A stretch of 64,000 nucleotides of DNA from Bispira polyomma. Taxonomy: Eukaryota. Below are positions 1 to 12,397 of this stretch, in pieces; positions within the stretch are counted from its first letter, which is position 1, and each line of letters starts with the position of its first letter. The DNA lies in NCBI GenBank assembly GCA_965649765.1, contig OZ287749.1, positions 18,352,001-18,416,000 of the forward strand. The letters run 5' to 3'. The position numbers and the translations under genes are program-made. The notes beneath the pieces are model-generated. The model did no database searches and was not told where the DNA came from. It worked only from the letters and a program-made list of their open reading frames with translations.

Positions 1-60
1 TCTCTTTGAAATACTGGCAGTGACCCTTGTAACCAGGTGACTCTTACACTGAGGAACAGG
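1..60 (-). pseudogene. Inverted copy of TMTC-like exon (LFLSVRVTWLQGSLPVFQR...), running off the window start
   Basis: Reverse complement of 6532-6591 with its acceptor at 61-62. Confidence 0.85.
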
Positions 61-352
61 CTGAATGGGTAAAACAATTATTATTACAATCAGTTATTAA
101 CTTATATAGAGTCAGACAAAAATAAGTAACAGTCATTAAACTGAGGGTGAGGCTGGTCTTAAAAGGATAAACAAATATTAGTGCAGTCAGGTATTAACTC
201 ATTTACTGTGTAGATGTGAAGGAAATAATCCACATATGCATAATAAGATTAGTGATAAAAACATCAATACTGCTAGGCATCTAGTTTCTGTGTTTATCTG
301 GGCCTGGGCCTTTTAGCTCATACATAACGTGGTAAACTTCTAGGGGGGGGCG

Positions 353-592
353 GGGCTGCGGTGGCCTAGTGGTTAGCAAGCATTGTGTTTCGCAATCACT
401 GGTCTCTCACCTCTGGGCAGCGTGATTTTGAATCCCCTTGATGCCTATGTGGGAAAAGTGGTAGTTCCTTACTCTGGTTTCAGTGCAAAACCTTGATCAA
501 CTGTATGCAGTGTTTCCTCCAGCGTTTCAAACTACCCGTCCCGATATAATCTAAACAGGTACTAGAGTGGACGTTAAATATCCAAATTAAAA
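353..592 (+). mobile_element. tRNA-derived SINE (same family as 44544-44801)
   Basis: A-box TGGCCTAGTGG, degenerate B-box, body ..TTTCCTCC..GACGTTAAATATCCAAATT tail; mirrored at ~5991-6241. Confidence 0.85.
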
Positions 593-802
593 AAAAGGGG
601 GGGGGGGGGAGCTAAAGTAACACTTGTTATAATTAACTTTTAAACTCATACCAGCAAAAGAAAATAAGTACTAACTGAGAGTAGTTAAAACAGCTGACTA
701 GAAGAACACTTAATAGAATGCAATCCTCGGACAAGGGGCCACAGCAATGAAATTAGATATTGGATCCCCCTTCTACCTAGATCCACTCCAAAATTTAAAA
801 GA

Positions 803-1022
803 GGGGCCACAGTGGCCTACTGCTTAGAAGTATCTGCTTAACAATCACTGGCCTCTTACCAATGTTGATTTGAATCCTGTTTGTTCTTTTGTGTGTCAAA
901 GTTTGTCAGGTACTTGCCATAAGTTGGGGGTTTACAGTGCTTTAGCACTAATTTCTTTCAACATTGGTTCTGGCTGTCGTGATATGACCTAAGCCGTTAA
1001 AGCAAAGTAAAACCTAAATAAA
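803..1022 (+). mobile_element. tRNA-derived SINE, related older subfamily
   Basis: GGGGCCACAGTGGCCTAC head, TTGAATCC B-box, GATATGACCTAAGCCGTTAAAG..AAAACC 3' region; mirrored at ~5570-5789. Confidence 0.75.
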
Positions 1023-1475
1023 TCTACAGGTTTCTTCTTTTCGCCATTCCCCATCCCAAGTTTACGTAAATTGGTTGATGTAAAGAAACAAACCACTATG
1101 GAACCTGGCGAAAACTAAACTAACTTCTTTGGCGGAGGTAAATAGAACATTCATAACTTCATGAATGTAATCCCAACTTAGCACTTACATACTACTAATA
1201 GCACAGTTACAATAGAATCTCTATTATTAGAACACCAAGATTTGTTCACGGATAGCAGAAGGTTCATAAAATAGAAAAGGCATTTAACTAGCAAAACAAT
1301 AGGAAAATATCAATTTGAGAGAGTATTTGGATAATAGAGGTTCTACTAATTTTTCTATTGTACTCTATATATTTAAATACTTAGACATAACTCCGTACAG
1401 GCTGTCCTAGTGGTGACAAATTTTGTGGTTTTATGACAGTGTTATTAGTAGTAGATACTATATTTAAAAACTTAC

Positions 1476-1658
1476 ACATAGTCCTAAAAATGTTGTGCTG
1501 GTAGTGGGGAATTTTGTGGTTTTATGACGGTGTTGACAGTAGGAATGTATACCACACACCCCAATACAGTGATACCCTGATCTTTACACAACATAGCTAA
1601 CACAGCACTCATCACACACAGACTGAGTGAACTCCTAGCCTGGTGGGGAGTGAGGCTT
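1476..1658 (-). pseudogene. Inverted copy of TMTC-like exon (..MLCKDQGITVLG..)
   Basis: Reverse complement of 4934-5116 including splice sites. Confidence 0.85.
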
Positions 1659-1701
1659 CTGTAAACACAGTGTAAAAAGGAGATAATATAGGTAATATAA
1701 G

Positions 1702-2522
1702 GTCCAGTAAACTCTACAAGTTAGCAATCCCTTCATACACTGTTTTGAAAATTTTATATGGATAATGTCCGACACCATAAAATCTCTATGTGTATATTTG
1801 TGGTATGGTAGGCGGAACCAGGAGGTAGCAGAAGATACTGTAACTTGTCCTTCCATTTTGATACATGTTTGATATTTTGTAAATGGTTCCCGACTTGTGG
1901 TCCCAGACCTTGAAATCGTATTGGTAAATATGTTCGATCCTATTGCCAATATGTTCTGTCGGATAGGTCTCGGAGCACTCCCAGCATGTTTAATTACTGG
2001 CCCACCCTATCCTATTGAGATCCGCCCCTTTTGAATAGGACAGGCCGGGCCGGCAACTTATGTGACTCTCGATCTGACGTATTGCGCCCTGACCGAACTG
2101 TTTGTCAAATCTGGCAGAACTTGGTGTGAATACGTTCTTTTTAACAAACAGCTCAAACATTGTTCTTGAAATATTTGGGTGGTCCTGAAAAAGACCTTTT
2201 AAATTTACAGCTACAGCAACATCTCTGGGTTGGCTTCTCATCTGGCTCAAGTGGTTAGGCTCAGGTTAAACTCTATCATTTGCCACGGGACTGCTCCCTC
2301 ATTTATATAATAGTCCATTAACACGTCCTCCTACCAACTGCTCCTCAGGTTCAAGTGGATCATCTTGTAGATTGGGGTGCCCTAGTGCTGAGTTTCAACA
2401 CTGGCGACTCTGTAGATTATGTAATATCACACATGACAATGTCAGATTTGAGGCCACTAGGGGGTGTTGTTGCATTGTCATTAGTAATAGGCGGAACCGG
2501 CTGGCCAAAATTCCAAAAGCGA
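1702..2522. repeat. Inner left arm of inverted duplication (reverse complement of 3858-4678)
   Basis: Mirror-image ORFs 1990-2250(-)/4130-4390(+) and 2355(+)/4025(-); direct sequence match. Confidence 0.97.
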
Positions 2523-2908
2523 TCTCAACCACCTGCCTTCCCCTGGATATCCTGTAGTTACAAATTCTCTGGTGATGGGTGAGTGCCTTCCTTGAATAGG
2601 GTTTCATCATCCATGTTTTCAGGGCGAAGGTGTCGTGCCTCAGCATAAAGTAATCCACGTCATGTCATGTCAAACAGTGCTGCAGGTCTGGGCAGCCCAA
2701 TGGATCCATCTTCTATCTGCTGCTTGAGCTCTAAATGGTGGAAAATTCAGGCGTCTGAACAGAAACCACTGCAGCCAATGTCCACCCAAATAAATCTGTA
2801 GTCCACATCAACCAGGGCAAACAGGACAATGAAGTGGAAGCCTTTATAGTTGTAAAATTCACTCTCAGCCTTGAGAGGCGTCTTGATAGCCACATGCTTC
2901 CCGTCAAT
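2330..2908 (-). mobile_element. PIF/Harbinger transposase (DDE nuclease) relic, C-terminal two-thirds, frameshifted
   Basis: IDGKHVAIK..YNYKGFHFIVLFALVDVDYRFIWVDIG..SDA and KPY..NYRISRGRQVVEIAFGILASRFR..CVILHN are typical Harbinger nuclease motifs. Confidence 0.9.
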
Positions 2909-3683
2909 TGTTACATATAAGGACATTGTGGTATATGAAAGCACTCTCCTAGAGTGATCTATTTATAGATTTGGGGAAACCCCTGAGCTTCTAGAAGCTG
3001 GTTCTATTTTGTTTCTGTTATTATTGAAGTTGTCTTAATTTGTTTACATTTTTAATCTGGAACGTTCTAGCAATTGTTTACATATTCTAGCAAACTTCTC
3101 TAGCAGTGATATATATAAGGGTTGACAGCCTGGCCACAGAGTAGAGTTGATTGAGTTGGTGTGCTATATAAACTGCTATACTGTGAAACATTTTATTTCT
3201 TTTCCTGTGGATATAAACTGATTATTATATACATTTTGTGGTGAACTCATCAGAGTGACTTGGATATAAAGTTGTGGATCTACCAGAAATTGGATTTGCT
3301 GCATATCGGATATTTTTGCATCCTGGACTGGATAGCTTAGTTGTGCAAACTCTCTGGATATATACATTTTGTGTTCATGGACACCAAACAGATAACAGGA
3401 TACAGGCATTGTGTGGACACCGAGCGGATCTCAAGACGGATTGCTGGATACAGTGGACAAACTTGTTTAATTGTTATTAATGTGGACAAGACTGTGGTCA
3501 GGTCAGATTGGTTTCATTATTGTATTATTGTATGGACTATTAAGAGTATCTCAGTTGACTGTAATTCTGTAATTGTTATTTTATTTGTTAAATAAATTTG
3601 TTAAGTGAAACTTTTTGTCTTTTCCTGTTACAATCTCAAAGCAACCGGTAATTGCTACCGAGCTTGCTCCCGTGACCGTAACA
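2909..3683 (+). mobile_element. Probable solo LTR
   Basis: Termini TGTTAC...GTAACA, TATA box (TATATAAGGG ~3112), AATAAA ~3591; interrupts the Harbinger ORF; target-site duplication imperfect (caat/caaa). Confidence 0.65.
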
Positions 3684-3857
3684 CAAACTTACCCTCACAG
3701 TAATTTCAAACCATATTGTGATGTATTGTTTATTCACACCAGAAATATATCTAACACCTTACTACACAGTTAAGTTCCTAACTAAATTTCCTGTTACAAC
3801 CTAAAAGCAACCTCTAATTGCTACGCCGCTTGCTCCCATGCAAACAATTGCCACAAG

Positions 3858-4678
3858 TCGCTTTTGGAATTTTGGCCAGCCGGTTCCGCCTATTACTAAT
3901 GACAATGCAACAACACCCCCTAGTGGCCTCAAATCTGACATTGTCATGTGTGATATTACATAATCTACAGAGTCGCCAGTGTTGAAACTCAGCACTAGGG
4001 CACCCCAATCTACAAGATGATCCACTTGAACCTGAGGAGCAGTTGGTAGGAGGACGTGTTAATGGACTATTATATAAATGAGGGAGCAGTCCCGTGGCAA
4101 ATGATAGAGTTTAACCTGAGCCTAACCACTTGAGCCAGATGAGAAGCCAACCCAGAGATGTTGCTGTAGCTGTAAATTTAAAAGGTCTTTTTCAGGACCA
4201 CCCAAATATTTCAAGAACAATGTTTGAGCTGTTTGTTAAAAAGAACGTATTCACACCAAGTTCTGCCAGATTTGACAAACAGTTTGGTCAGGGCGCAATA
4301 CGTCAGATCGAGAGTCACATAAGTTGCCGGCCCGGCCTGTCCTATTCAAAAGGGGCGGATCTCAATAGGATAGCGTGGGCCAGTAATTAAACATGCTGGG
4401 AGTGCTCCGAGACCTATCCGACAGAACATATTGGCAATAGGATCGAACATATTTACCAATACGATTTTAAGGTCTGGGACCACAAGTCGGGAACCATTTA
4501 CAAAATATCAAACATGTATCAAAATGGAAGGACAAGTTACAGTATCTTCTGCTACCTCCTGGTTCCGCCTACCATACCACAAATATACACATAGAGATTT
4601 TATGGTGTCGGACATTATCCATATAAAATTTTCAAAACAGTGTATGAAGGGATTGCTAACTTGTAGAGTTTACTGGAC
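3858..4678. repeat. Inner right arm of inverted duplication (includes 3' part of the Harbinger relic, here on +)
   Basis: Reverse complement of 1702-2522. Confidence 0.97.
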
Positions 4679-4888
4679 GTACTAGTGAAAGTTGTTCTCA
4701 AAAAAGATAAAATATTCTGTTAGATTAAATGTCATGATATTATGATTATTAGGATTATATATATTCATTCTACAAAATCTAACATGACAGCACCCAATCC
4801 AGTGAATCCTTGAATTGTTTCAAAGATTATGTAAGGATCAGAGTATCACTATATTAGGTGTATGCGGTTTATCTATTACCAATACCCA

Positions 4889-6591
4889 ACCTTATATTAC
4901 CTATATTATCTCCTTTTTACACTGTGTTTACAGAAGCCTCACTCCCCACCAGGCTAGGAGTTCACTCAGTCTGTGTGTGATGAGTGCTGTGTTAGCTATG
5001 TTGTGTAAGGATCAGGGTATCACTGTATTGGGGTGTGTGGTATACATTCCTACTGTCAACACTGTCATAAAACCACAAAATTCCCCACTACCAGCACAGC
5101 ATTTTTAGGACTATGTGTAAGTTTTTAAATATAGTATCTACTACTAATAACACTGTCATAAAACCACAAAATTTGTCACCACTAGGACAGCCTGTACGGA
5201 GTTATGTCTAAGTATTTAAATATATAGAGTACAACAAAAAAATTAGTAGAACCTCTATTATCCAAATACTCTCTCAAATTGATATTTTCCTATTGTTTTG
5301 CTAGTTAAATGCCTTTTCTATTTTATGAACCTTCTGCTATCTGTGAACAAATCTTGGTGTTCTAATAATAGAGATTCTATTGTAACTGTGCTATTAGCTG
5401 TATGTAAGTGCTAAGCTGGGATTACATTCATGAAGTTATGAATGTTCTATTTACCTCCGCCAAAGAAGTTAGTTTAGTTTTCGCCAGGTTCCATAGTGGT
5501 TTGTTTCTTTACATCAACCAATTTACGTAAACTTGGGATGGGGAATGGCGAAAAGAAGAAACCTGTAGATTTATTTAGGTTTTACTTTGCTTTAACGGCT
5601 TAGGTCATATCACGACAGCCAGAACCAATGTTGAAAGAAATTAGTGCTAAAGCACTGTAAACCCCCAACTTATGGCAAGTACCTGACAAACTTTGACACA
5701 CAAAAGAACAAACAGGATTCAAATCAACATTGGTAAGAGGCCAGTGATTGTTAAGCAGATACTTCTAAGCAGTAGGCCACTGTGGCCCCTCTTTTAAATT
5801 TTGGAGTGGATCTAGGTAGAAGGGGGATCCAATATCTAATTTCATTGCTGTGGCCCCTTGTCCGAGGATTGCATTCTATTAAGTGTTCTTCTAGTCAGCT
5901 GTTTTAACTACTCTCAGTTAGCACTTATTTTCTTTTGCTGGTATGAGTTTAAAAGTTAATTATAACAAGTGTTACTTTAGCTCCCCCCCTTTTTTTAATT
6001 TGGATATTTAACGTCCACTCTAGTACCTGTTTAGATTATATCGGGACGGGTAGTTTGAAACGCTGGAGGAAACACTGCATACAGTTGATCAAGGTTTTGC
6101 ACTGAAACCAGCGGCCCACAGTAAGGAACTACCACTTTTCCCACATAGGCATCAAGGGGATTCAAAATCACGCTGCCCAGAGGTGAGAGACCAGTGATTG
6201 CGAAACACAATGCTTGCTAACCACTAGGCCACCGCAGCCCCGCCCCCCCTAGAAGTTTACCACATTATGTATGAGCTAAAAGGCCCAGGCCCAGATAAAC
6301 ACAGAAACTAGATGCCTAGCAGTATTGATGTTTTTATCACTAATCTTATTATGCATATGTGGATTATTTCCTTCACATCTACACAGTAAATGAGTTAATA
6401 CCTGACTGCACTAATATTTGTTTATCCTTTTAAGACCAGCCTCACCCTCAGTTTAATGACTGTTACTTATTTTTGTCTGACTCTATATAAGTTAATAACT
6501 GATTGTAATAATAATTGTTTTACCCATTCAGCCTGTTCCTCAGTGTAAGAGTCACCTGGTTACAAGGGTCACTGCCAGTATTTCAAAGAGA
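4889..6591. repeat. Outer right arm of inverted duplication
   Basis: Reverse complement of 1-1703. Confidence 0.97.
4934..5116 (+). pseudogene. TMTC1-like exon (transmembrane region; MLCKDQGITVLG), in-frame TAG at 5106-5108
   Basis: tttacag acceptor; motif matches TMTC MLxKEQGITVLG; GTAAGT donor at 5117. Confidence 0.8.
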
Positions 6592-6630
6592 AGACAACCC
6601 ACTGTCATATGAAGAGAACATTGTGGTCAG
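6532..6630 (+). CDS. TMTC1-like exon LFLSVRVTWLQGSLPVFQREDNPLSYEENIVVR
   Basis: cattcag acceptor, AG|GT donor, P-x-F-xxx-DNP motif of TMTC/DUF1736. Confidence 0.88.
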
Positions 6631-7842
6631 GTTGTGAGATTTTCTTAGAAACTATTTAAGTTTTAATAGTATTTAAGCAGCAACGATTAGGTGTTAGCCC
6701 TGATAATATTATTGATATTCTGTTTAATGTTTCATACATATCTGTGTTAATGGGATATTATTTTATTCTACTGTAAATTAATTTCAATGAATTATAGCAT
6801 TAATCGATAAATCTATAATTACTTTATTTTTTAATTATGGTATATACATAATAAATCATTACAGAATTAACAATATTTTGCCCATTAATCTTGGATGTTC
6901 AAAGTTGCAGAACAAGCAATACAAATCTCTTTCTGAATTCATGTAACTCAGCACTAGACTCATTGTGTATAGCAGAACAGTTTGTAAAAAGTAAACACAC
7001 TAAAGTAAATAAAATTTAAAAATTTTGAAGGCATGTGTTGCCTGTTTAAATCACACAATGTAAATGGTGGGAATAGTGGGAAGTCGCATTGGCCCCAAGG
7101 CTTGGAGCAAAAGATTAAGAGAGGTATTTAAAGCTGGTACCGCCAAAATTTAGGCGTTGTGTGAGTGCCCTTGAACTGATTTGTTGTGAAGGCACATCGA
7201 TGCCTTAACCACAAACTTACCCTCACAGTAATTTCAAACCATATTGTGATGTATTGTTTATTCACACCAGAAATATATCTAACACCTTACTACACAGTTA
7301 AGTTCCTAACTAAATGATTCTATTTCTTAAAACAAGTGGCGACATGTGTTTAGGAATAGGAACAACCACATATGTGTGTGTGGTATTTCAATTAAAGCAT
7401 ACATATATAATGTAAACCCTTTAGTAACTCTGGGGTCCAGTGCATATTTACCAAAGGCTTTATCCTTAAACTCATGTTCTACCAAATCTAGTCTTTATTT
7501 ATTTTAATGTGAACAATATATACATGTTACCATTCATTTTAATGAAGCTTTTAGTGTGGAATTCAAATATGCAGTCAGATTTTAGATATACCTTTCTTGT
7601 GCACAAATGTAGCATCTTTAGCAGGGTATACTTTTAGATTATTCTGAGCTTAACTCTATAACAGGCACAGCCTTCATGTACTGGTTGGAAGCAATCGACC
7701 CGTCCAAACTGAGGGGTGTCAGAGTATATAGTGGCCATAACAACGTTAGTGTATTTTGCACCTTGTGACTGTGTGTTTTTTAAAAGACAACTCTTGTTAA
7801 GCTTTGATATGTAATCCTGAACCCCCCTGGCCACGTTTACAG

Positions 7843-8032
7843 ATGTCTCTCACAGCTTTACGTGTACTGTGTCACCTGTTGGCTGCTCTTGTGTCCCCAC
7901 ACTCTCAGTCACGACTGGCAGTTTGGAAGCATCCCATTGGTGGAGAGCCTCTGTGATGTCAGAAACATGGCGTCTGTGGTTCTGGTAGCTGGTGTGGTCA
8001 CGTGTGTGACGAAAGCCTGCCAGAAAACAAAG
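7843..8032 (+). CDS. TMTC1-like exon (DUF1736) WLLLCPHTLSHDWQFGSIPLVESLCDVRN
   Basis: tttacag acceptor in phase with previous exon, AAG|GTGAG donor, DWQxGSIPLVE motif characteristic of TMTC1. Confidence 0.92.
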
Positions 8033-8916
8033 GTGAGAAGTGTCTTTCATTTGGCTGTCCTAAAAAAACAGATGTTTATAAATATACCGTTTTAGTGAAA
8101 ATTTTAAGTGGAAGGAGAGTCACCAATTGACAATTTTTGAGACGTTCACTGGAATTTATTATTTTCACTATTTGCTGCTTTTAGGTAACATTAATACAAG
8201 TTGAAATTTCCACTGGGAATTAAAGTCACTATCCCATTACTTTAAGTAAAATTTATTCCTTTCTGAAAAGTCCTAATAAAACATTTGAACTTGTATGTAT
8301 GCTTTTAACTGCAAAAGTAGTTAATTATGAAAATTGCTTGCACTTTTTTAATATTGTAAATTAGTGACAGTTTCTTCCAGCTTAAATGTCCATTTTTGTA
8401 CAGTATATATCTCTTTTATATGAGGCTGTTCATGACTTTCTATAGGTCCTTTGAGTTTATATTTTACACTCACAAAGTTTCAATTAGCCTCTTCGCCTTG
8501 GTTCTAAAGTAGGGACTTCAGTGGGTAAGAGGGGGGTCTCTGTGTTTTAATTTAAACTCTGAACTAGTCAGTTACATATTAATTGTAAACTGACAAAATA
8601 TAACTACATTTTACAATATGCCTTATTTGACATTTAATTTAAAAAATTAAAAATAAATTTACACTAATTTCACTACAATAATGAGTTTTGAAATGAAATG
8701 TTATATGCACAACTTTACAAGAAGGATGTTTTCAAATTCTAAATTAAAAGCCTAAGAATGAAATTTTAAGTCCCTCCCATTTAACTGCTTTCAAACTATA
8801 AGTGGAACTTGTCAACTGCAAATCCCACAAAAAACAAGATTTCTTGGAAAAAGGAGAGATTTTCACAAGTGAAGTTTCCTATATATATTTATCCCATACG
8901 GGGCCTTAATAAATAG

Positions 8917-9720
8917 TTGATAATAATTGATAATTGAAATATTTATGTAGCGCCAATTTGATGAGAACATTCTCTAAGGCGCTGATATCCAAAAAGGGAA
9001 ACTCAAGGGACAAGCAAAGGTCATTACCAAAAAGCATCCAAAAAGAGAAGGGTGACAAAGCAGGGGTGTAGGCAAGTCTGAAAAGGTAATTTTTCAGATG
9101 GCTTCTGAAACCAGTGATTTTATTCTGCGATCTGACAGTATGTGGGAGTTTGTTTCATTCCACAGGGTATTTATACCGTACAGCAAGGAGTTGCAATAGT
9201 CTAGCTGGCTGCTCTCCATTGCGTTAGCCACTTGGACTGCAACTTCAATACTGAGGTACCTGCGTATTCTGCGCAGATTGCATAGATGGTAGCAGCAGGC
9301 CTGGCAGACACTGGCTACATGATTTCTGAAAGAGTTATCTTGGTCGAAAATAACACCAAGGTTCTTGACTTTACTTGATGGTGATATATTGTTGTTTAAT
9401 ACACTGATTGGAAAGAATGGTTTGCAGCTGTCTCGAGTGGAGTTTTCGCCTATAGTAATGAATTCGGTTTTATCTGGGTCGAGGGTTGTGGGTTGGCTTG
9501 ACGCTTTCCATGCATGTTTGCACAGCCTCGAGGCATTTTGCCAACTCTGATATGCTTGAGTAAAAGTTTCTAGCATCTATCCCTAAGTATATTTGTGTGT
9601 CATCAGCATACAGATGGTGGGTGACATTAAACTGAGAAATTATTTTACTGAGGGAATGGTGTACATGGTGAAAAGTAAAGGGCCTAATAGAGAACCTTGT
9701 GGTAGTGAGAAAGCTTCTGA
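8917..9720 (-). mobile_element. L2/CR1-group LINE ORF2 fragment with 3' end
   Basis: HLYADDTQIY RT motif, KTEF, VKNLGVIFD, LDYCNSLL motifs. Confidence 0.9.
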
Positions 9721-10906
9721 GAAATTGTCGCCAATTTTGATTTAAATGAAGAAATAACCTTATTAAACAACTGCTCTGGAATGAAGAGCATTGACTGCAT
9801 AAAGCCATACTAAATAAGAAATAAAAAACATCTTTATCCCACAATGGATACTCTCTAGTTAATTATGTTTTGCATACTGTTGTTTCTATTTTGATTACAG
9901 CAAGTATCTAAGTTTTGCCACCTCTTTATATGATGTTAGAAAGTCTTCAAAAGAAAAATTGATGACTTTTTAAAATAGTTAATATTTTGTGACTTTAAGT
10001 TGGTCTTTTGTCACCCTAGAAATAGCCTACAAAGTCTGTAAGCCAACTTCTGAGGTTCATTATTAATGTTGTCTCATTAGCATTGTTTTTCTTGTTTTGC
10101 AATTAGTACCCTGGCTTTATACTAAAATTTATTTTTATGTAATCACTAAATTTTGTGATATCAGTATGGTATAAGATCCTCCTATCTGCTGGAACTCGTA
10201 CATCAATGAAATAATCCTAATTCCATAGTTCAACCAAAAAGGTAAAAGTATTGGATTTCGCATTGTGGCAAACATTTTCAGTAGTAAACGTTTTATTTGT
10301 CTGGAACTATTATAGTAAACTTTGGCCCTGGAATACTTACTTTTCGATATTTCTTTATATTATCGCCAAAAAATGTTAAGGTAATATATGAAATAAGCAA
10401 AGTATCATTTTGGGAAAAATACACAAGGCTATGTAGACCCTATGGCTATATAGACCCCATATCGACCCCAATCCTTTTTCGCTCTTTTATATTGGTCACA
10501 AGACAAGAAGGTTTTCTGTGTTAAATCCTTGCTTCATCAGTTCCCAATCTAGCTTAACCTGCATTGCAATATTTTATCAATTTGATTCCAAGCCAGTGTC
10601 TTTTTACCTCCACATTTCAGGAATATGAAACGCAAGCTGGTAGCAGTGCTAAGATCTATTAACAACAGAAATTAGAATGGTAACAGAAAAACCCCCAAAA
10701 GGGGTTAGTGAGCAGGGGGGAGGGAACTTTTGCAGTGGCGTTAAAAAAGGAAAGTCTTTACAGTAAAATAACACTTATTGGCCTGCACCGTTCATTTTGT
10801 CTACCATGAGAATTAATACAGTTACAGTTCTTTATACTTATATAATCATGCATGAAACAGTAAAAGTCCATTACATAGATAAAAAATCCCCCAAAATCTG
10901 TTTTAA

Positions 10907-11757
10907 GGGTTTAGTGACGTAAACACATAAAACGATCGCGGATAACCACGTCATTTGTGCTTGAGCTTCTCAGAAACTGCACAACTTTTTTTGTCCCCTT
11001 AAACTCGATTTATGGATAACATATTTACATTTTTATGAGTAGAAATAATAAAGAATGACATATATTTTAATTATATGCCAATTTATATATTTTATGTATC
11101 ATTTTAATAGGTATTTCAAGACATACAATACATATAGCAGTGTGTAAAATTGTAACTGAAGTGGGTAATATTTTTAAACTACATGCTTCACAAACGTGAC
11201 ACAATTCATATACCAAGAAGGGATCAATACTGAAGTATTGCACATGAATACAAAAAGGAAAACATTAGCATTATTTTGAATGAATTCGTTTTTCAATAAA
11301 AGCACAAAAAACACGGATAATTTTAGTGAAAACATTAAAGTTACACTCTTTAAAACAGAAAGATGTTTGTATTCTTCGTTTTTATAAAATAAGGAAACAT
11401 ATTAAAAAATGTAAATCATTAGAAATAATATACATGTATTCTAAAGTTGTATAGCGTTTATAATGTCTTTATATAAGCTGGATCAATACTCGTATTGTGT
11501 CACAATAGAAGGGTCTCTTTGCGTTTCACCATAGATTTCAAATTGTCTGACGTCACAATACAAGAATCGTTACATGGCTGTTTTAATCACTTTGCAAAGA
11601 AATAATAAAGTTTTGAATGGGTATTTGTATATAAAAATGGTAAAAACAGTCACTAAATACACATTTCAAGGCTTCTATAGTAAGTAGTGGTTAAAATATT
11701 TTCGTAAATGCAGTATAATTTACGGCCACGAATTTGTGTGTTTACGTTACTAAAGCC
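10907..11757. mobile_element. Non-autonomous TIR DNA transposon, Kolobok-like
   Basis: TTAA|GGGTTTAGTGACGTAAACAC...GTGTTTACGTTACTAAAGCC|TTAA: ~25-30 bp TIRs, TTAA TSD, RR..YY termini. Confidence 0.8.
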
Positions 11758-12149
11758 TTAAGCATGATCAAGAACTTGAAGAGTAGAGAAGACTTCGACA
11801 GAATTGTGGCTTTTCTAAAATTGCTACTACTGTGAAGTCATCAATTCAGGGCCGGAGTTTAAGTGGTGATGGGAGTAAAAATGGTTTAGACTGGTACCCA
11901 ATTGCTGTCTCTTAACGACTAGAGAGGGGTCACTTTAGACACCTGTGTGTTTTCTAAATGGCAACAGATCAATCCACTAACTGTCCGGGCTGTAAAGTAC
12001 ATAGAACTAAGTCATCTTGAGGCAGTATAGCCTTTTGAAAAGGCCCACTAACAATATGGCCCATTATGTTATATATCTAAATCAAAGTCTTTGCAGGAGC
12101 AATATTTTTCTCAAAAAAAGAAACTAAAATCGCTAAAACAAACAAGAAT

Positions 12150-12397
12150 TGCCTTTAAAAAAAGACACAGGCATATAGTTTGCGAAATGTTTTTTAATCT
12201 GACACCCCTAAGTTTGGCCAGGTCAATTGCTTCCAACCAATCCATGCAGGCCTTACATATTATTTTCAACATGGCAGCATTTTTAAGCAGCGTCTGATGA
12301 TATTGGGCTGACAACGCTCAGTTTGGCTGGGTCGATTGCTTCCAAAAAATCCATGGAGGCCTTACATATTATTCGAACATGGTCATGCCCTTTTAAA
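12150..12397. repeat. Dispersed repeat family (GGTCGATTGCTTC..ATCCATG..GGCCTTACATATTAT), two partial copies; others at ~7660-7800, 14848-14990, 39520-39702
   Basis: Recurrent shared sequence in both orientations. Confidence 0.7.

Larger units (their letters stand above)
1..1703. repeat. Outer left arm of large inverted duplication (reverse complement of 4889-6591; probably continues beyond window start)
   Basis: Base 1 pairs with 6591 (tctctttgaa / ttcaaagaga); near-identical throughout with a few SNPs and small indels. Confidence 0.97.

Noticed and set aside
353-440. tRNA genes at SINE heads (also 803, 18459, 37791, 44544, 56474)
   Set aside because: A/B boxes continue into a shared SINE body and tail; no full cloverleaf
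1635-4685. Paired 60-104 aa ORFs as a novel gene cassette
   Set aside because: They are mirror images produced by the inverted duplication, or antisense frames of the Harbinger relic
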